Below the pieces are notes generated by a model that was not told the DNA's origin, made no database searches, and worked only from the letters and a program-made list of their open reading frames with translations. A stretch of 64,000 nucleotides of DNA from Lophium mytilinum (taxonomy: Eukaryota): the NCBI GenBank assembly GCA_010093605.1, contig MU004187.1, positions 434,001 through 498,000 on the forward strand, in the 5' to 3' direction. Both the position numbers and the translations under genes were made by a program. This document shows, piece by piece, positions 23,443-37,292 of the stretch (positions within the stretch are counted from its first letter, which is position 1; the number at the start of each line of letters is the position of its first letter).

Positions 23443-24133
23443 TGAATTGAATCGGAGCAGCGGAAGGGCCATGGGCTGGGAGGGGGCTGTTAGGTTCTAG
23501 TTTGAGTTTCGGCCTCAATTCGTAACTTACTTGCAATTATCAAAGAAGCGGAAATCCTTACGCTTCCGAGATCTTCTCAACTTGATGAAGTGGAATGAAG
23601 TCTGAAACAGCAATCTCAGAATAGCATCTTGAATATGTGATTTCTACCACGTGACCTCGTACATCCAGGTTCCTTGGCGACAAACTCGAACCTCGGATCT
23701 CGACGCGTCCTTGAGGGCGGGATACCTAGCGCGTTCGGAATCCGAACAATCACCAACTGTTTCGTAATTTCCCCATCTTTTCACAGCTACACCACTGCCA
23801 GGTCTTCATATTCACCGCAGATGGACAAAACTCCTCAGGCTGATGGCTCTTAGCACTCCGCGTCCCGACGTTCCTCGGTGATAGACCCGCGACTCGTGGC
23901 TAAGTCATTTCAATGGGCAACCGACGTCCTCATTCCCTCTACGAACGAAACAGATGCCAACGACGCAACCCGAGCACGAGATTTATGCCAATCCTGTCAG
24001 CTCTGACGATGAGCAAGCGCCCACCGACATCGACACCTCCCGCGCCCCTCGTTGCCAGCTGCCCGAGAGCAGACCGGACGAGTATATCCTTAGAGAGTCC
24101 AAAAATACACCACACTAGGAGATAAACCTTAAG

Positions 24134-24424
24134 ATGAAAGCCGCAAATAGAACGCTCACAGGCCTTAACGGAGAAGGGGTCTGGGAAGAAGCTACCGAAA
24201 ATGAAGATCCACTCGACGATGGGATGGCAACACCCCAAAGGAAGCGCTTAATAGCTAGGGGAACATTCTCGTAGAGCAAATAACAGGCCTCAACAGGGAA
24301 GAGACTAGTAGAGAATTCAATGGAAAGTGAAAATACATTTGACGATTGAGTGGAAACTCCAATAAGGAAGCGCCCAATGTTCAAGAAAACATTCTCGAAG
24401 ATCTGACCAACATTTAAGAACTAA
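24134..24424 (+). pseudogene. Decayed reading frame containing an internal duplication of about 125 bp
   Basis: One frame reads DDGMATPQRKRLIARGTFS* and DD*VETPIRKRPMFKKTFSKI*, with several in-frame stops. Confidence 0.35.
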
Positions 24425-25371
24425 ACATGATACTAATAATGCCAAAGGCAAGAAAGTAGACAAATGTCCCAGCTTCGCAGTTTCGACTTGCAATTTTCGC
24501 AGTTTCAATGCTAATAATTACGGACATGGCGTTCTCGCAGGTAACGTATGCATCGCAGTGCTCGCTCGTTCTATTAGTCCGCTTTCGAAGGCGTTCGTCC
24601 CCGACGCCAGCCTCCAAGGCGATCCGCCCAATCTGTGTTGGCCTTCTAACCCTAGATTATGAACACTTAGTCTTGGATTCACATTGCCAAACGCTTTGAT
24701 CTTCTACGTAATCATCCCAACCCTGCGTATGAGTCACACGTTCACATTTCAGCCCCAACCTTAGAACGGAAGCGGCGGAAGAGATTTACGGGGAGATCTC
24801 ACCTTCTCCGCGTGCCATATAGCAACGATGCCGATTGGTAGATGAACAATGCCTGTTCATGCTAGGACGATTGCGGCCTGGAACTCTTGCTGAGTACGAC
24901 TTCGGATGACAGCATGGGTGTGAGAAGCCTCGTGAACCTACAACTGAAGCCACACATGTCGCCCTCGGAGCGCTATCTCGTTAGCTAGCTCGTTTGTCAC
25001 ATGGGAGGGGACTTGCGAGGGCACGTAGATAGCGCGCAAGCAGCAGTTGCTCCTAGTCACCTTCGCCGTCAATCTATGGCAATCTAACGAGTGGACATGT
25101 AAATGCTTTCTGTGACGTATCTACCCCTACCACTAATAAGAAAATACATTCCTCTAGAAGAGGTATCCCGAGTCGCATTTGATGATCAATGTGCCGAGCA
25201 AGCTATGATTTCTAATGCAACAATACAAGTGGGTCCCGCGAAAGATAGCCTGAAAAGCCGACCATCTACCGAGCTCTCTTTTTATAAGCTCAACGTCATC
25301 TTATATGATTATTCTCAGTTCTCTTTCTATACGTACAAAGGTATTATTCTTCGCGAGTTCATATCTCCTTC

Positions 25372-27251
25372 ATGTTTTCGTACCTTCAATATCGACGCAT
25401 TGGCCAGGCGGTAGAGAGACAGCTTCAAAGAGACCAAGAAAAAGCGACTGTGGTGCCAGATAACGATGTCAATGAGTCTGCCCTGCCTATCCCGCGGCGT
25501 GGTAGCCAGAACGAAAAGGAGAGCCCCAGCGACGAATCTAGCTCGCAGGAAAATGAAGGATCTTCGGTGCCTAGAATCCCACAGCAACCCGACTCACTCC
25601 TATCGACGCCGACACATCACACCGAGAAAACTGCTCTCGGATATTCACTGGCTGGAATCAGTGCAAGAGATCGCACTACCAGGGAGGGCAAAGGCGGGCA
25701 TGTCTTTGTGGTTGGGTGGGATGGACAGAACGACCCAATGAATCTACACAACTATAGCCATCTAGTGCGAGTTGGGACTACGTTGATGGTTGCAGCAATC
25801 GCGTTTGTGGTGACTGCAGCATCTTCAATTGATGCTGCGATCTTACCTCAAGCAGCCGCAGAATTTGGCGTGAGCGACGTAGTCGAGACTTTGGCAACAG
25901 GTATGTGCTCTGCTGTTCCACTACAGTTACTACATGTACATACCTAGACTCACCTATAACACAGGAAACTACCTGATAGGGTTCGGAATCGGAACCTTAT
26001 TTGCGGGACCACTGTCCGAGACGTTCGGGAGAAACTTAGTATACATAGGATCTCTCGTGATGTTCTCAATCTTCATCATGGCCTCTGGACTCGCCCCGAA
26101 TATCGGCGCTCAAATCACATTTCGATTCTTCGCAGGGTTTTTCGGATCGCCTCCCCTTACGTGTGCTGGAGGCACTGTGTCAGACCTCTGGAATTCCTTG
26201 GAGAAAACCTACGCCTTCCCCCTCTTCGCAATTTCTGGATTCGGAGGTCCGACCTTGGGACCAGTAATCGGAAGCTACATGGGTACAGGAGCTCCAAGTT
26301 GGCGTTGGACCGAGTGGACCATCTTGATTATTTCTGGGGCTGTTTTGACCCTCGTCATTCTCTTACAACCCGAAACCTTTCCTCTCTTGCTGCTGAAGTG
26401 GAAAGCCCAACACCTCCGAAGGCTTACCGGCGATGATCGATACCGGGCAGAGAGCGAGATCATACACCAAAATCTCTGGCAACGTCTGCGGGTAGCGCTG
26501 ATAAGGCCATTCGCCCTGGCCCGTGAGCCTATCGTTATTCTGATGACTATCTACCTTACCATGCTCTATATCGTCCTGTTCACCTTCCTCGACGGCTATA
26601 CCTTCATCTACTCCGACGTGTACAAGACGCCTCAAGGCCTAACAAATGTCTTCTTTGTGGCCATGTTCATCGGAGTCCTTCTCGGAATGCCCCTAGTAGG
26701 AATAGTGTACTCGTGGACTCGCAAAGACCTGGCGCGAATACGCGCCCTCGGCGGGTTTCAGATCAACCCAGAGTACCGTCTATGGTTTGCTATGTTCGGT
26801 GGCTCTATCGGCATTCCCCTCTCCCTGTTCTGGATGGCGTGGACCGACTACGTAAGCGTTCAACATTTTACATTATACCTTTTTTTTCCCTCATGAGATC
26901 ATGCTAATTTGCCTTGCACAGTCATCTATCAGTATCTGGTCTCCCATTGCGGCCGGAGTACCGTTCGGCTACGGTATCATATGCATATTCCTCAGCGCAT
27001 ATATGTACATCATCGACTCTTACGAAATGTACGCGGCATCGGCCTTAACCTTTGTAGCTCTCGTCCGCTATGTCGTGGCTGGTGGGATGACTGTAGTTGG
27101 CATCCCTTTCTACAAGAACCTTGGGACCCACTGGACATTGACGATTCTTGGGTGCATTAGCGTTTTGATGGTGCCAATACCGTATCTATTCTACAAGAAA
27201 GGGTACGAGATTAGGAAACGGAGCAAGTATGCCGTCAACCGAGAAGAGTGA
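25372..27251 (+). CDS. MFS transporter, DHA1 (drug:H+ antiporter 1) type; introns at about 25901-25963 and 26852-26921
   Basis: Motifs VGWDG.NDP.N, GPLSETFGR, RFFAGFFGSPP, GP.LGP..G, WRW, PET, PEYRL and YIIDSY..YAASA. Confidence 0.92.
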
Positions 27252-27890
27252 GTTTGGAAAGGATGAAAACAACCACCACTACGGGAAGCATAATGCGAGA
27301 GGAGATCTCCGTCCATCCGCCCACTACAATACGCCGCATGAAATGTGATATCTCAAAGTGAATGTGCGCTTTTCGTACCAAAGCCACCCTTGCAACACCT
27401 TTCCTCCACAGTTAACTTCAGCTGCTTAGGCGACATTGGTATAAAAAGCACTGCATTCACCAAAAGACGACCACCGATATGCCGAACTCCTGGTGTTATG
27501 CCTCACATGGCGTGGCGTCGCCGCCGTGTTCTTTTGGACTCGGTGGGCGCAGGCACGCGCGTGCTGGTCCCGGATGTAGCTCGAGTAGGTGTCGGCTTCG
27601 AACCACAGCATCCCATATTGACGGTGTTTGTGGGTACTTGTTATGAGTTTGTGAGTTTGTATAGTGGTTTGTGGGTTTGCGTGGTGGTTTGCGTGTTGGG
27701 TCGTTGGTTGTGAGTTAGTATCGTGGTTTGAGTTTTTTCGAAAGCTGAGGAATGGAGGAGGACACGGGGAGTGCAAGATTAAATACTCAGTCGGGGGGCG
27801 GAAGACTGGTAGCAAAGGAAGACTTTCGTCGAGGTACCGTGGGTGTATTGCGATCGAGTTGGTGCGCTCTGATGCGCTCTGATGCGCTCC

Positions 27891-27980
27891 ATAATACGAT
27901 GACCTTAATCCGGGCGCCTAGAGTCATTACCGCTTGGATCCAATCTTGCTCACTCGACACCACTGTGAGAAGTGGCCCAA
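27891..27980 (+). repeat. Dispersed repeat, copy D (diverged)
   Basis: TCCAATCTTGCTCACTCGACACCACTGTGAG matches copies B and C. Confidence 0.75.
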
Positions 27981-28958
27981 CTACCAAATAGTTAATCAGC
28001 CAGGAGGCAGTATAATGTGAAGGGCTTGAAACTTGACGTCGCATCTAAACGTTTAAAGTCCTATGGAGGCACTTCAAATAGTGTCAAAAGAGGGTGTACA
28101 TACTCATGACCTATCTTATAGGTGACCAGAGCTGTCACGGGCGACCTGCGCATCGACTTCAATTCTCAGTAAGAGACATTCTAAGGAAGTTTCTTTCTGC
28201 ATGAACAAAGGCGTATTTCGAACTTGAAGAAGGAGACATGGGAAATTACGTAATTTTGCACGTATAATAGGTAACTTGCTATGGTCCTACCGAGTTTTCA
28301 CGGCAAATCAGATTGCCATCCAAAGAGGCATATTTCCTGGTCAGTTTCAGACTCGAATCTTTTGGCTCAAATTTTGATCTATGAGATTCGAGTTTCGTCG
28401 AATGCCTCAAACAAGCTCTTGCTAGTTATAACGTTAGAAAGTGATTGTTTGTGTCACGTGGGTATCACAAAAAATGGAGAACGGCAGATGTCGATTTAAT
28501 GTACCTTGGTAGGAATCGAGCTAGGCTATATACACAGGCGTAGTGGCCCGTGCTTGTGTACCTCGGAACGGAACTATGGCTTCATGTTTTGAACTTGCAT
28601 GCTCGGCATCCACTTATGGCTCAAGATGGAGTGCAATCAAACCAGAAGTATGGAGACCTGTGAGCTTCAATACTGTAAGCATTTTCTATGATTTAGTTGG
28701 CCCTCGGGTGGAGGCTAATGAAACGATTACCGGATATGGTTAGGATATGCATCACTAGAAACGAGCGTAGTAAGAACCTCAGCTCACGCGTCATCAGCTT
28801 CGGCTCTGTCAGAGATCTCTAGATATCCCCCAGTGAATATGTAACGCGCTCGATTGCTATGCTCACTGTTTCGATAACATTGCCAATGTAGCCTCCTCAT
28901 TGCCCACGACTTCTAGAACCGCAGCGCCGCGGATCCCCCCAGTCCTCGACCCAGCACC

Positions 28959-30980
28959 ATGCGACCCACCTCCCCAGCGCCCCTCCCACGGACCCTTCAG
29001 GCCTCGCCCCCAAGCACCGATGATGGAGATACGCGTCTGACGCCATCCTCAGACTCAGAAGGGGAGCATGAGGAGACAACGCTAGGACAGGCCCATGCTG
29101 GAGAAAGCTACCGGATGAAGAACCTATCGTCGCGCAGCGTCGGCAAAAACGACAGGGCAGAGACATCAGGTCAGGAACACGACATAACCGGCGAAGGCGA
29201 GGACGAGAATCTATTACCAGATGCTCGTCGCCTGTCCCAAGGGTCGTCAGTCGAGAGCTACGAGCTGTACACGCCAGAGGAAGACAAAGCGGTATTGAGA
29301 AGCTTGGATCGGAAGCTAGTTCTATTCATGGCATTGCTATATCTATTGAGCTTTTTGGACAGATCTAGTAAGGTCAATTCCTCTAATTTGGTCACCACTG
29401 CGTAAATTACGGTCCGGCCAATCGTTATGTCGTTTCATTGCCCACGAGATAACACCTCGATCAAGCTAACACTACCGTAGATATCGGGAACGCCCGAATA
29501 GCTGGGCTTGAACGCGATCTGGCGTTATCTTCTTCTCAATATGAATGGCTTCTCACCGCATTCTATATCACTTATATCGTATTTGAATGGATGACTTTGA
29601 TGGATGTTCAGTCGCCTTTCTTGACGCTTCACGTGCTAATTGGACGCAGGTACCGGATAGTGCCTCCCCACATCTATATCTCACTCTGCGTCTTGTCTTG
29701 GGGCATTATAGCGTCACTTCAATCAACTTCCACTTCTTTTGGCGACTTGCTGTTCCTTCGAGCGCTTCTCGGCGTTAGCGAAGCTGCGTTCGGACCTGGT
29801 GTTCCTTTCTATCTATCATTCTTCTTCCGACGAGATGAGCTTGCACTTAGAACAGGCTTGTTCATCTCCGCAGCTCCACTTGCGACCTCCTTTGCAAGCA
29901 GTCTAGCTTGGCTCATCACGAAGCTTGGGGAGCATGGACCTCTGGCACCCTGGCGGCTTTTGTTTCTCGTCGAAGGCTTTCCAAGTGTTGTCGTAGCAGC
30001 TTGGGCTTGGGAGCTTATCCCTGATAGTCCAGGGACTGCATCATTTCTCAGCCCGCGGTTAAGAGATGTTGCAGTACTGCGGCTCAGACAGGAAAAGGAA
30101 GCAAGCGATGACATCGACTTTGACGTTGGCCACAAAAAACGTGGATTTGCTAGAGAGAAGAAAGGCAGAGTGGTATTCAGGGAAGTGTTACAGACTTTGA
30201 GGGATCCAAAGTGCTATATAACTGCTGTTAGTAACTTCATATTCCTGCGCGGATCCTGCTAACTCCCAAGCAGTTAATGTTCTTTAGCTGCAATGTAGCG
30301 TTCAGCTCTCTGCCCGTCTTTCTACCAACCATAATTAGAGAGTAAGCATTCGGTCTGGATAGACATCGCGTTAGTACTGATAAATGTGTAGCATGGGCCA
30401 TACCTCACTAAAAGCCCAAGCCCTCTCCGCACCTCCCTACCTGGTCTCATTTGCGGTGGTCCTTCTCACAGCGTACTTCTCCGACCGCTATCAGACACGG
30501 AGCGTCTTCATTATGCTGCATGCTCTCCTCGGCGCATCAGGCTATCTCTTGATTGCGCTTGCTGGTTTCTTTCGCTGGGATCATTTCTGGCGCTATCTTG
30601 GAATCTACCCCGCAGCCGCGGGTTTCTTCTCCGCCATCACTATCATAATCACCTGGACCGTTAACAACCAGGAGTCGGATTCCAAGAAAGGCACCGGGAT
30701 GGCAATGCTTAATATCATCGGACAGTGCGGGCCACTGGTCGGAACGAGGCTTTATCCAGATACTGACGCGCCTTTCTACGTTACAGGCATGAGCATCTGC
30801 GCCATCTTCATGATAGCGGTTGGAGGGCTGGCTTTCTTGTTGCGGATTGTACTCGCTAGAGCGAACAAAAGAGTAGACGACCCTCGCAGGCGGGAGGGGA
30901 GCGACCTGGACTCTGGGATACCGCTTGTTGGTGCCAATTCAGCCAAGTTCGAAAAAGAGCGATTCATTTTCATGCTCTAG
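28959..30980 (+). CDS. MFS transporter, anion:cation symporter (Dal5/Tna1-like) family, multi-exon
   Basis: Motifs LDRKL...LSFLDRSNIGNARIAGL, RALLGVSEAAFGPG, PWRLLFLVEG, FLPTII, AQALSAPPY and GQCGPLVGTRLYP. Confidence 0.9.
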
Positions 30981-31552
30981 AATATTAAGATGCATTCTCC
31001 AGGCTCGTTCTTCTGAAGAAACGGGTCAAGACATACTTTGGAGTTGCCAATTGCCTTAGCGATGCATGCACCCGCTATGTGGGCTGCCAGTTGACGTCTT
31101 CAGTGCCTGATTAGGTTATCACATACTAACCATGCAAATCATCCAGCACGTAGAATATATTTCACTAACGAGCTTTTCAATAAAAACATGGAATGTGAAT
31201 TGGAACATGATTTATGATTATCTCGTAGAACACATCTGATACCTGTACGTCTTGTGAGTCGTGACATCAGCTCGTACAAAGGACTTCGATTCCCGAAACC
31301 CAAGCAAGAGATATCACATCACTCATTTCACTCCCATCTCGGCCAAATACTCAGCGTCCGAACTGTAGTGAGACGTGGACTGTCTGGACACAATACCCAA
31401 GTACGAGGGTCAGGAACTAATACTGGAGGAATGTAAAGAGCAAACGTGCACGGTCATCTCTGGAAAATTCCTGGGGTCTTCGGAGGACATTACTCCAGCC
31501 ACCGCACTCCACCATTTAATCGTTTCAGATCGCGCTCTTTAATCACATCCAA

Positions 31553-34048
31553 ATGGCCAAGAAGAAGAAGAATCCGCAGGCCGATGCGTCTGCGACCGTC
31601 AATGGCAATGGAGCTTCTGCGGCCGTGCCACCAGCTACTGCTGCACCTCCGAAGAGTAAAGCGAAAGCGCCAGAGCCAACCACATCCGCATTGATCATAT
31701 GCCGCAACAAGTAGGTTCAAGTGGAGGCATGTCCTTTATATTAGCACTGTCCGACTCTCATGTGATATCCGCCGCTAACTTGAGCGCCCTCTAGACATTG
31801 GAGATACATCTCCTCGTTTCACGGCCCATGGCTCCAGCTACCCCCAGAGGTCCTCGAATCCCTCGCGCACAGCAACTATCTATCACCCCGCCCTCATCCG
31901 ATCGACCCCGCCGTCTTCTACGATTTACTCAAGATCCGCAAGGCTGTAGACGAGGCCACGAATCTCGCAGTGCGCGCAACCAGTGGTCTTACATCTGCAG
32001 CCCTCAATAACTCCCTCAATGCTGGAAATGGAATGCTTGGAGGGGCTGCTGCACTGGGGATAGGATATGGGGGCGGTGGGGGAAATGGCAAATTGAGTCG
32101 AGAAAGGAAACATCGGATGCGGGAGCTGGCCACGCAGAAACTATCACAGGCATACCATTTGGATGAGATTGCGGCCAGTGTCGCGACAATGCAGTCCGCA
32201 TCAACACTAGAAGACGTTGCCCAGCTGGTTCTGCAGCGGAGTACGAACGATATCGATGCGAAATACGTGCACTTTTTCCACGAAAAGATACCCTCACGAA
32301 TGATGGCGCAATGTACTCCTCTGGACGTTTTAAATGAAATAATATCTGAACGGCCTTCGGACGGGTCGCCTTTGAGAACTCGAGCTTTGACGCGGATCTT
32401 TAAAGAGGACTATGTGGCCGCAGCGCAAGATCTCACGGAGGGCCTCCGTCTGTGTCGATACAGCATGTCTCAGCACAGAGCGGGGAAAGATCAGTTGGTT
32501 TTGGCGCGGACCATGAAAGAGCAGTATGGGCGTGATTGGAGATCTGAAGTAAAAGTCGAGGAGGAGGACCAGCCGAATTCTCTGGAAACCCAACTTTTAT
32601 TCCATCGCGCCGGCATATATTTCACAATTGCTTGCCAATACGTAGACGCAGCCCTAGACGGCCTGAAAGAGGCCGAAGCCGTGCAAAACGACCGTAAATC
32701 TGGTCTCGCTGAAGGAGAAGAGCCACCCCCACTCAGTCCCGCGGAAAAGGAGGCTCATCGCCGGCGACTTGAGGCTCGTAAGCTGGTCAAGACTAATGCA
32801 AGACGTGCTTTGAAGGACTACATGGCATTTCTCGAGCACTTTGACTACACTCCTGGTCTCTCATCCGATGTCGCGGAAGATTTCATCCGGCGTGTAAACA
32901 GTGCATCGAATGGATATACGGGCCCTGGAAAGAAACACAACAAAGGACCAGGCACTCCACGTTTGTTAGAGTCGCCGAGTAGTCCCTCGTCGCCAGTATC
33001 GGACGCTTTAGTGCCTCTTCGCAAGCCCAATCAACACTACGACCGCTCGAACTGGCCCCAACTACCTCCACCAGAGATATATCAAGTATCCCAACTTTTC
33101 TCCGCCACTACTCCGTCAAGCCTCCCACCCTATCCTAACCCCAACGGCGGCTTGCTTGGCTCATTGCCTCCATCGGCTGCCAGCGCTGCCGCTTCTGCTT
33201 TCGCAGACTCCCATGAAGCGATAACCTATCACCCTCTTATCACCGACGCTCTCCACTCTCTTCTTCTATGCCATGCTCTCCTTCAAACCCCGCCAACAGA
33301 ACTCCGCCGTCACGCCCATAACGCCGCACGTCTTGCCCGCGTCTGTGACGGCTACCCGATATTCCTAGCCGCCAGATCCCCCGCCCGCGCCGACTGGATC
33401 GAAGTCCTCCGCCGAGCCGGGAACTGGGTCCAGCTTGCCCAGAGCTGGGAATCTCTCTGCCGCCCCGCCCCTCTCCCAGGCCACAATGGCGGGCACGGCG
33501 GCGGCAGTGAGCTCGCCAAGTCTGGCGCGGCCAACCAGCCGAAACCGGAGACGGAAGCCCAAAAGCGAGAGCGCCAGAAACACGAAGCCATCCTCGACGC
33601 GCTGGCCGACGAGCGTGTCGTCGATGAGGAGTCCTTCCAACGTGCGGTGCGTGCGAGAGAACGCAGGGCGCGAGAGGACGAGGAGGCGCTGAAGAACGGG
33701 CATACGCATAGCTCGTCGTCGGCATCGACTTCAGCGGCTCCTTCGTCGGCTTCCGCGGCTTCGGCTAGCTCGGCTCCTAATAGTCCTGTTCCGCCGCCGA
33801 AGCGCTGGGCGCAAGAGGATGGGAAGGAGTATCCTATTTCGACGGAGCGGGCTGAGGCGATTTCTCGCTGGGTTCGAGACGCGCCGCTGGTGGTTGAGGG
33901 CGGGAAGAAGGGGAGGGGGAAGAAAAGCGCTGCTGGGAGGACTAAGAAGGCGCGCAGTCCTACGTTGGGCATAGGTCTTGAGGAGAGCGTGAGCAATCTT
34001 AGTATCGAGGAGGTCGTGGAGCAGGACCCTGAGCACAATGGGGTGTAA
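31553..34048 (+). CDS. Conserved fungal protein of unknown function (helical, TPR-like core); intron 31711-31794
   Basis: The spliced N-terminus ALIICRNKHWRYISSFHGPWLQLPPE continues into the long ORF with DEIAASVATMQSAS and DGYPIFLAARSPARADW. Confidence 0.85.
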
Positions 34049-34814
34049 ACGCAGGATCATGGTGTGGTAAGGATAGCTTTTGACTAGCAACTGCTTTTTG
34101 GATACACATCACCACCCAAAACTGTTTTGTTTCCGATGACAGCAACGCGCCAGGTCGAGATCGACACGAAGACCATCAATGTTCTCCGCGCCTCGGACTT
34201 ATGTCTCCCCTTTAGCTTATTATTCGCGCGTTGTCGAAAGCGCCTATTCCTAGCACCACGTTCATGCCGCTGCCCAGCCTCCAGATGTCTGGAACAAGAC
34301 TATTCAGAATAAGTATTCCATCCATGACGACCGTCTGAAAACCAAAAGCAATTTAGGTGAGGAATAAAGACGTCAGCATGATGGGCCTGCGATCACGCCC
34401 ATCGTCTTGACAACTGCTCCATGGCAAGTCAATTACAGTACGAGGATATACATTTAGGCACGTAGACTTTCATAGCTGTGGCTCCGCTCTAGCTTAAGTA
34501 AATTCGGAAATCTAAAGCCTATCCGGATGCCCCATAGCAGTTGCAAAGGATAGCCGATCTTATGGCTTGGTACTGTAAGTCGATCGCTTAATTCATAAAC
34601 AACTGGCTTACAAGATAGGTATACGTCTCGGCTTCCCTTGTCGCATCCATGAAGGCCAGCTTCGATCATGCCGCCCAATCGGCCCCCACATCCATGCTCC
34701 GGCTGCAGTCACTTCCCAAAGGGTATTGCTGCCGCCTTGGCAGACCATATATACCTGAGTACATATTAAAGGCGACAGCCGTCCCAGCCTTCCTACTGCA
34801 CAAGAGCTTGCACC

Positions 34815-37214
34815 ATGGACGACACGTCCGATGAACCAGCGAGCGCCCAAAATGCGGATCAGATTTCTGTCAAGTCTCAAGACTCGCCCGAACCATACGA
34901 CATTGCTGCCCTTATGAGAGAGATTCAAAATTCCAATAGGCTCCAAGAGCAGCTGTTGTCGCGTGTACAGGTCGCGCTAAAGGTGAAAGTGCCCGCGGCA
35001 GAAAACGAGACGCAATCTCCTCTCGCAGATGTCAGCGAGGAAGATTGGGAGGAACTAAGCCGTGCTGGACAGAGCCTCTTGAAGGCGCACAGCTTAACAT
35101 GGAACTATGGAGAAGATGAAAAATATAAGGAGGTTTCTGGAAAACTGGATGCGGCCCTAAAGGTCTTTCTTAAACAATTTGAGCGTCCTACTAAAGACCT
35201 TTCCAAAATGACCAGGGCCATACGCAATCGTCACCAACAGGGCCAGCGCCAGCCTGAACTCTTGATACCAAACCCAAAGAAAGGAGTTCTTAAGATAGGA
35301 TGGTGCCCGCCACCTGCACGCTTGACAGACAATATCGGAGAGTCACAGAAGCAGGACGAGTTCGAGGGTGCTGTCAAATCTGCAATTGAGGGAATACGAT
35401 CCAACTGGGCAGTCTCTGAAAGGGCTAAATCAGTCGTCGAAGTGATCAATTTAGATTACGACAGAAGTGGCTATCCAGTAGACATAGTCTGGAGGCACAG
35501 CAAAAAACATCTCTCTGGGATCATGGGGTTTGATCTCATCCCCCGTGCGAAAACGGTACATACCTCTAACCGAGGCGTAGGAGGTGCATTGTCCCAGGTG
35601 ACCTGAACGCAGATTTTCTTGCCCAAATCCTCCACTGCCTCACGGCTTGGCCAGGCAGGGATTCGCCACTTCTATATTCGGGCGCAGGCTTCTTCCACGA
35701 GCCAGCGCTAGGTTTTGTCGCCGCTGTCGCTGGCCCATGGCCGAATCGCAGAGGACTTTCATGTTGGTCGGCTGGCGATTCATCATCATTGTTGCACATA
35801 CAGCACCACCTCCGCGTTCTTGTCTTAGAACCCAAGCCCAACCACACTTTCCTAGAAGATGATCCGGGCAGAATACTCATGTGTTGTAACCGTGAAAGAG
35901 GCACGCTAGCAAACTCAACCACAAAGAATCTCTGCTTGACGGAGTCGCGACAATCGATAGCTCTTAACACCACCCTTACATTAAAACTACCGGTCTACAC
36001 TTTGTTCCATCTGATACGCAGTGCCGGAGATGCCATGAGGAGATCCTCCGGGTTGGGACGATTTTCGTGGAAAGCCACGAATCTCAGAATCGGTATTTAC
36101 TACAAGGGCATTTCGATATTTCAATTGAAGCTATACCAAGTCTTTGAAAGCCAGCACGGGACTTGGACCGAATCGATAGATGAGATTGATCGAGTCCTTC
36201 AGATCCGGGTAAGTTGGACCGATCTTGTCTAAAGCAGCTAGAGTCATACACTAAGTAAAATAGCCCACGGATATTCTTGATGACAGGAAGCGGAATGAAC
36301 TCATGTTTGACAGCTCTCTCAAAGTATCTGAACAATATTTTGCTATCCTCCAGATACTACGCATTATGAGAGAGTGGATTTGTGATGCTCTAAAGGACCT
36401 TGAGCGGCAGAAAGAAATCTGGCAGAGTGATCGTGGCTATAGATTAAGTCGCAAACTTGACGAAAGCATAATTGAATCTAACTGGGAAGTCTTGGTTTCC
36501 CTCCAGCAAGGCTTTGAAAAGATCCTTCTCGACAGGATTGATAGGAAGACTGAGGAAGTGAAGAGTCTTCGTGACGGGGTAAGTCTTAGATTCTTGAGAT
36601 ATCGTGGTTTGGTCTAATGTTTCCGGGACAGTTGTTCAACGCTACCTCCGTCCTTGAGGCTCAAAGGGGCACAGAGATCAACCAGTATCTGTTCGTATTT
36701 ACAGTGACCACAATTTTCTATCTGCCCGTTAGCTTTGTTGCCGTAAGTCTTCTTTACGCCTGGTCCTAATGCCCCGCTAATCTGTGTGCTTGCACTATAG
36801 ACTCTCTTTGGGATGCATCTCTTCGATAGCGAGAGCCTCCACAGGACGCGAACCTCCTTCTACGTATCCACTGTCTTGATATCGGTTGTCACATATGTTC
36901 TCTCTGGCTTTGCGGCTTGGTGGGTGGGCAACTCAGAGCGCCGGCAGAGACTGAAACGTTATTGGAAATCTTTGAGAGCTGAATCGGCTAGCGAAACAAA
37001 CTCGGAGACGAAGCAGGCATCAACCGGCAAGGAATCGACGCCTGTATTAGCGGAAGAGAAATCGAAGTCGAAGACGTTATGGAGCGGACTGCGTTCTCGG
37101 AAACACAAGGACAACGATGAAGAGTTTCAACTACCAGATCTCGGCGAGCTGAATGTGAGCACACGGGAATCGCACTCCTCGAGCCCTGATCTTGCTCGGC
37201 CGACAACACAGTGA
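34815..37214 (+). CDS. CorA-like (Mg2+ transporter C-terminal fold) membrane protein, multi-exon
   Basis: Spliced exons give LMFD...YF.ILQ.LR, a coiled coil KTEEVKSLRDGLFNATSVLEA, TM1 FTVTTIFYLPVSFVATLFGM and a second TM segment. Confidence 0.75.
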
Positions 37215-37292
37215 GGCGTGCCCCAAGTGGCATGTGAGAGCTTCGCCAGAAGGTAGTCTAATTTCCGACGTGTCGGCCTCCACATTGTATTT

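Noticed and set aside
27345..27890. ORFs over GT-rich sequence and a triplicated 10-mer (GATGCGCTCY)
   Set aside because: Low-complexity simple repeats; no supportable gene.
33240..34090. Several long minus-strand ORFs (up to 228 aa)
   Set aside because: Antisense to a conserved GC-rich gene, with no recognisable motifs.
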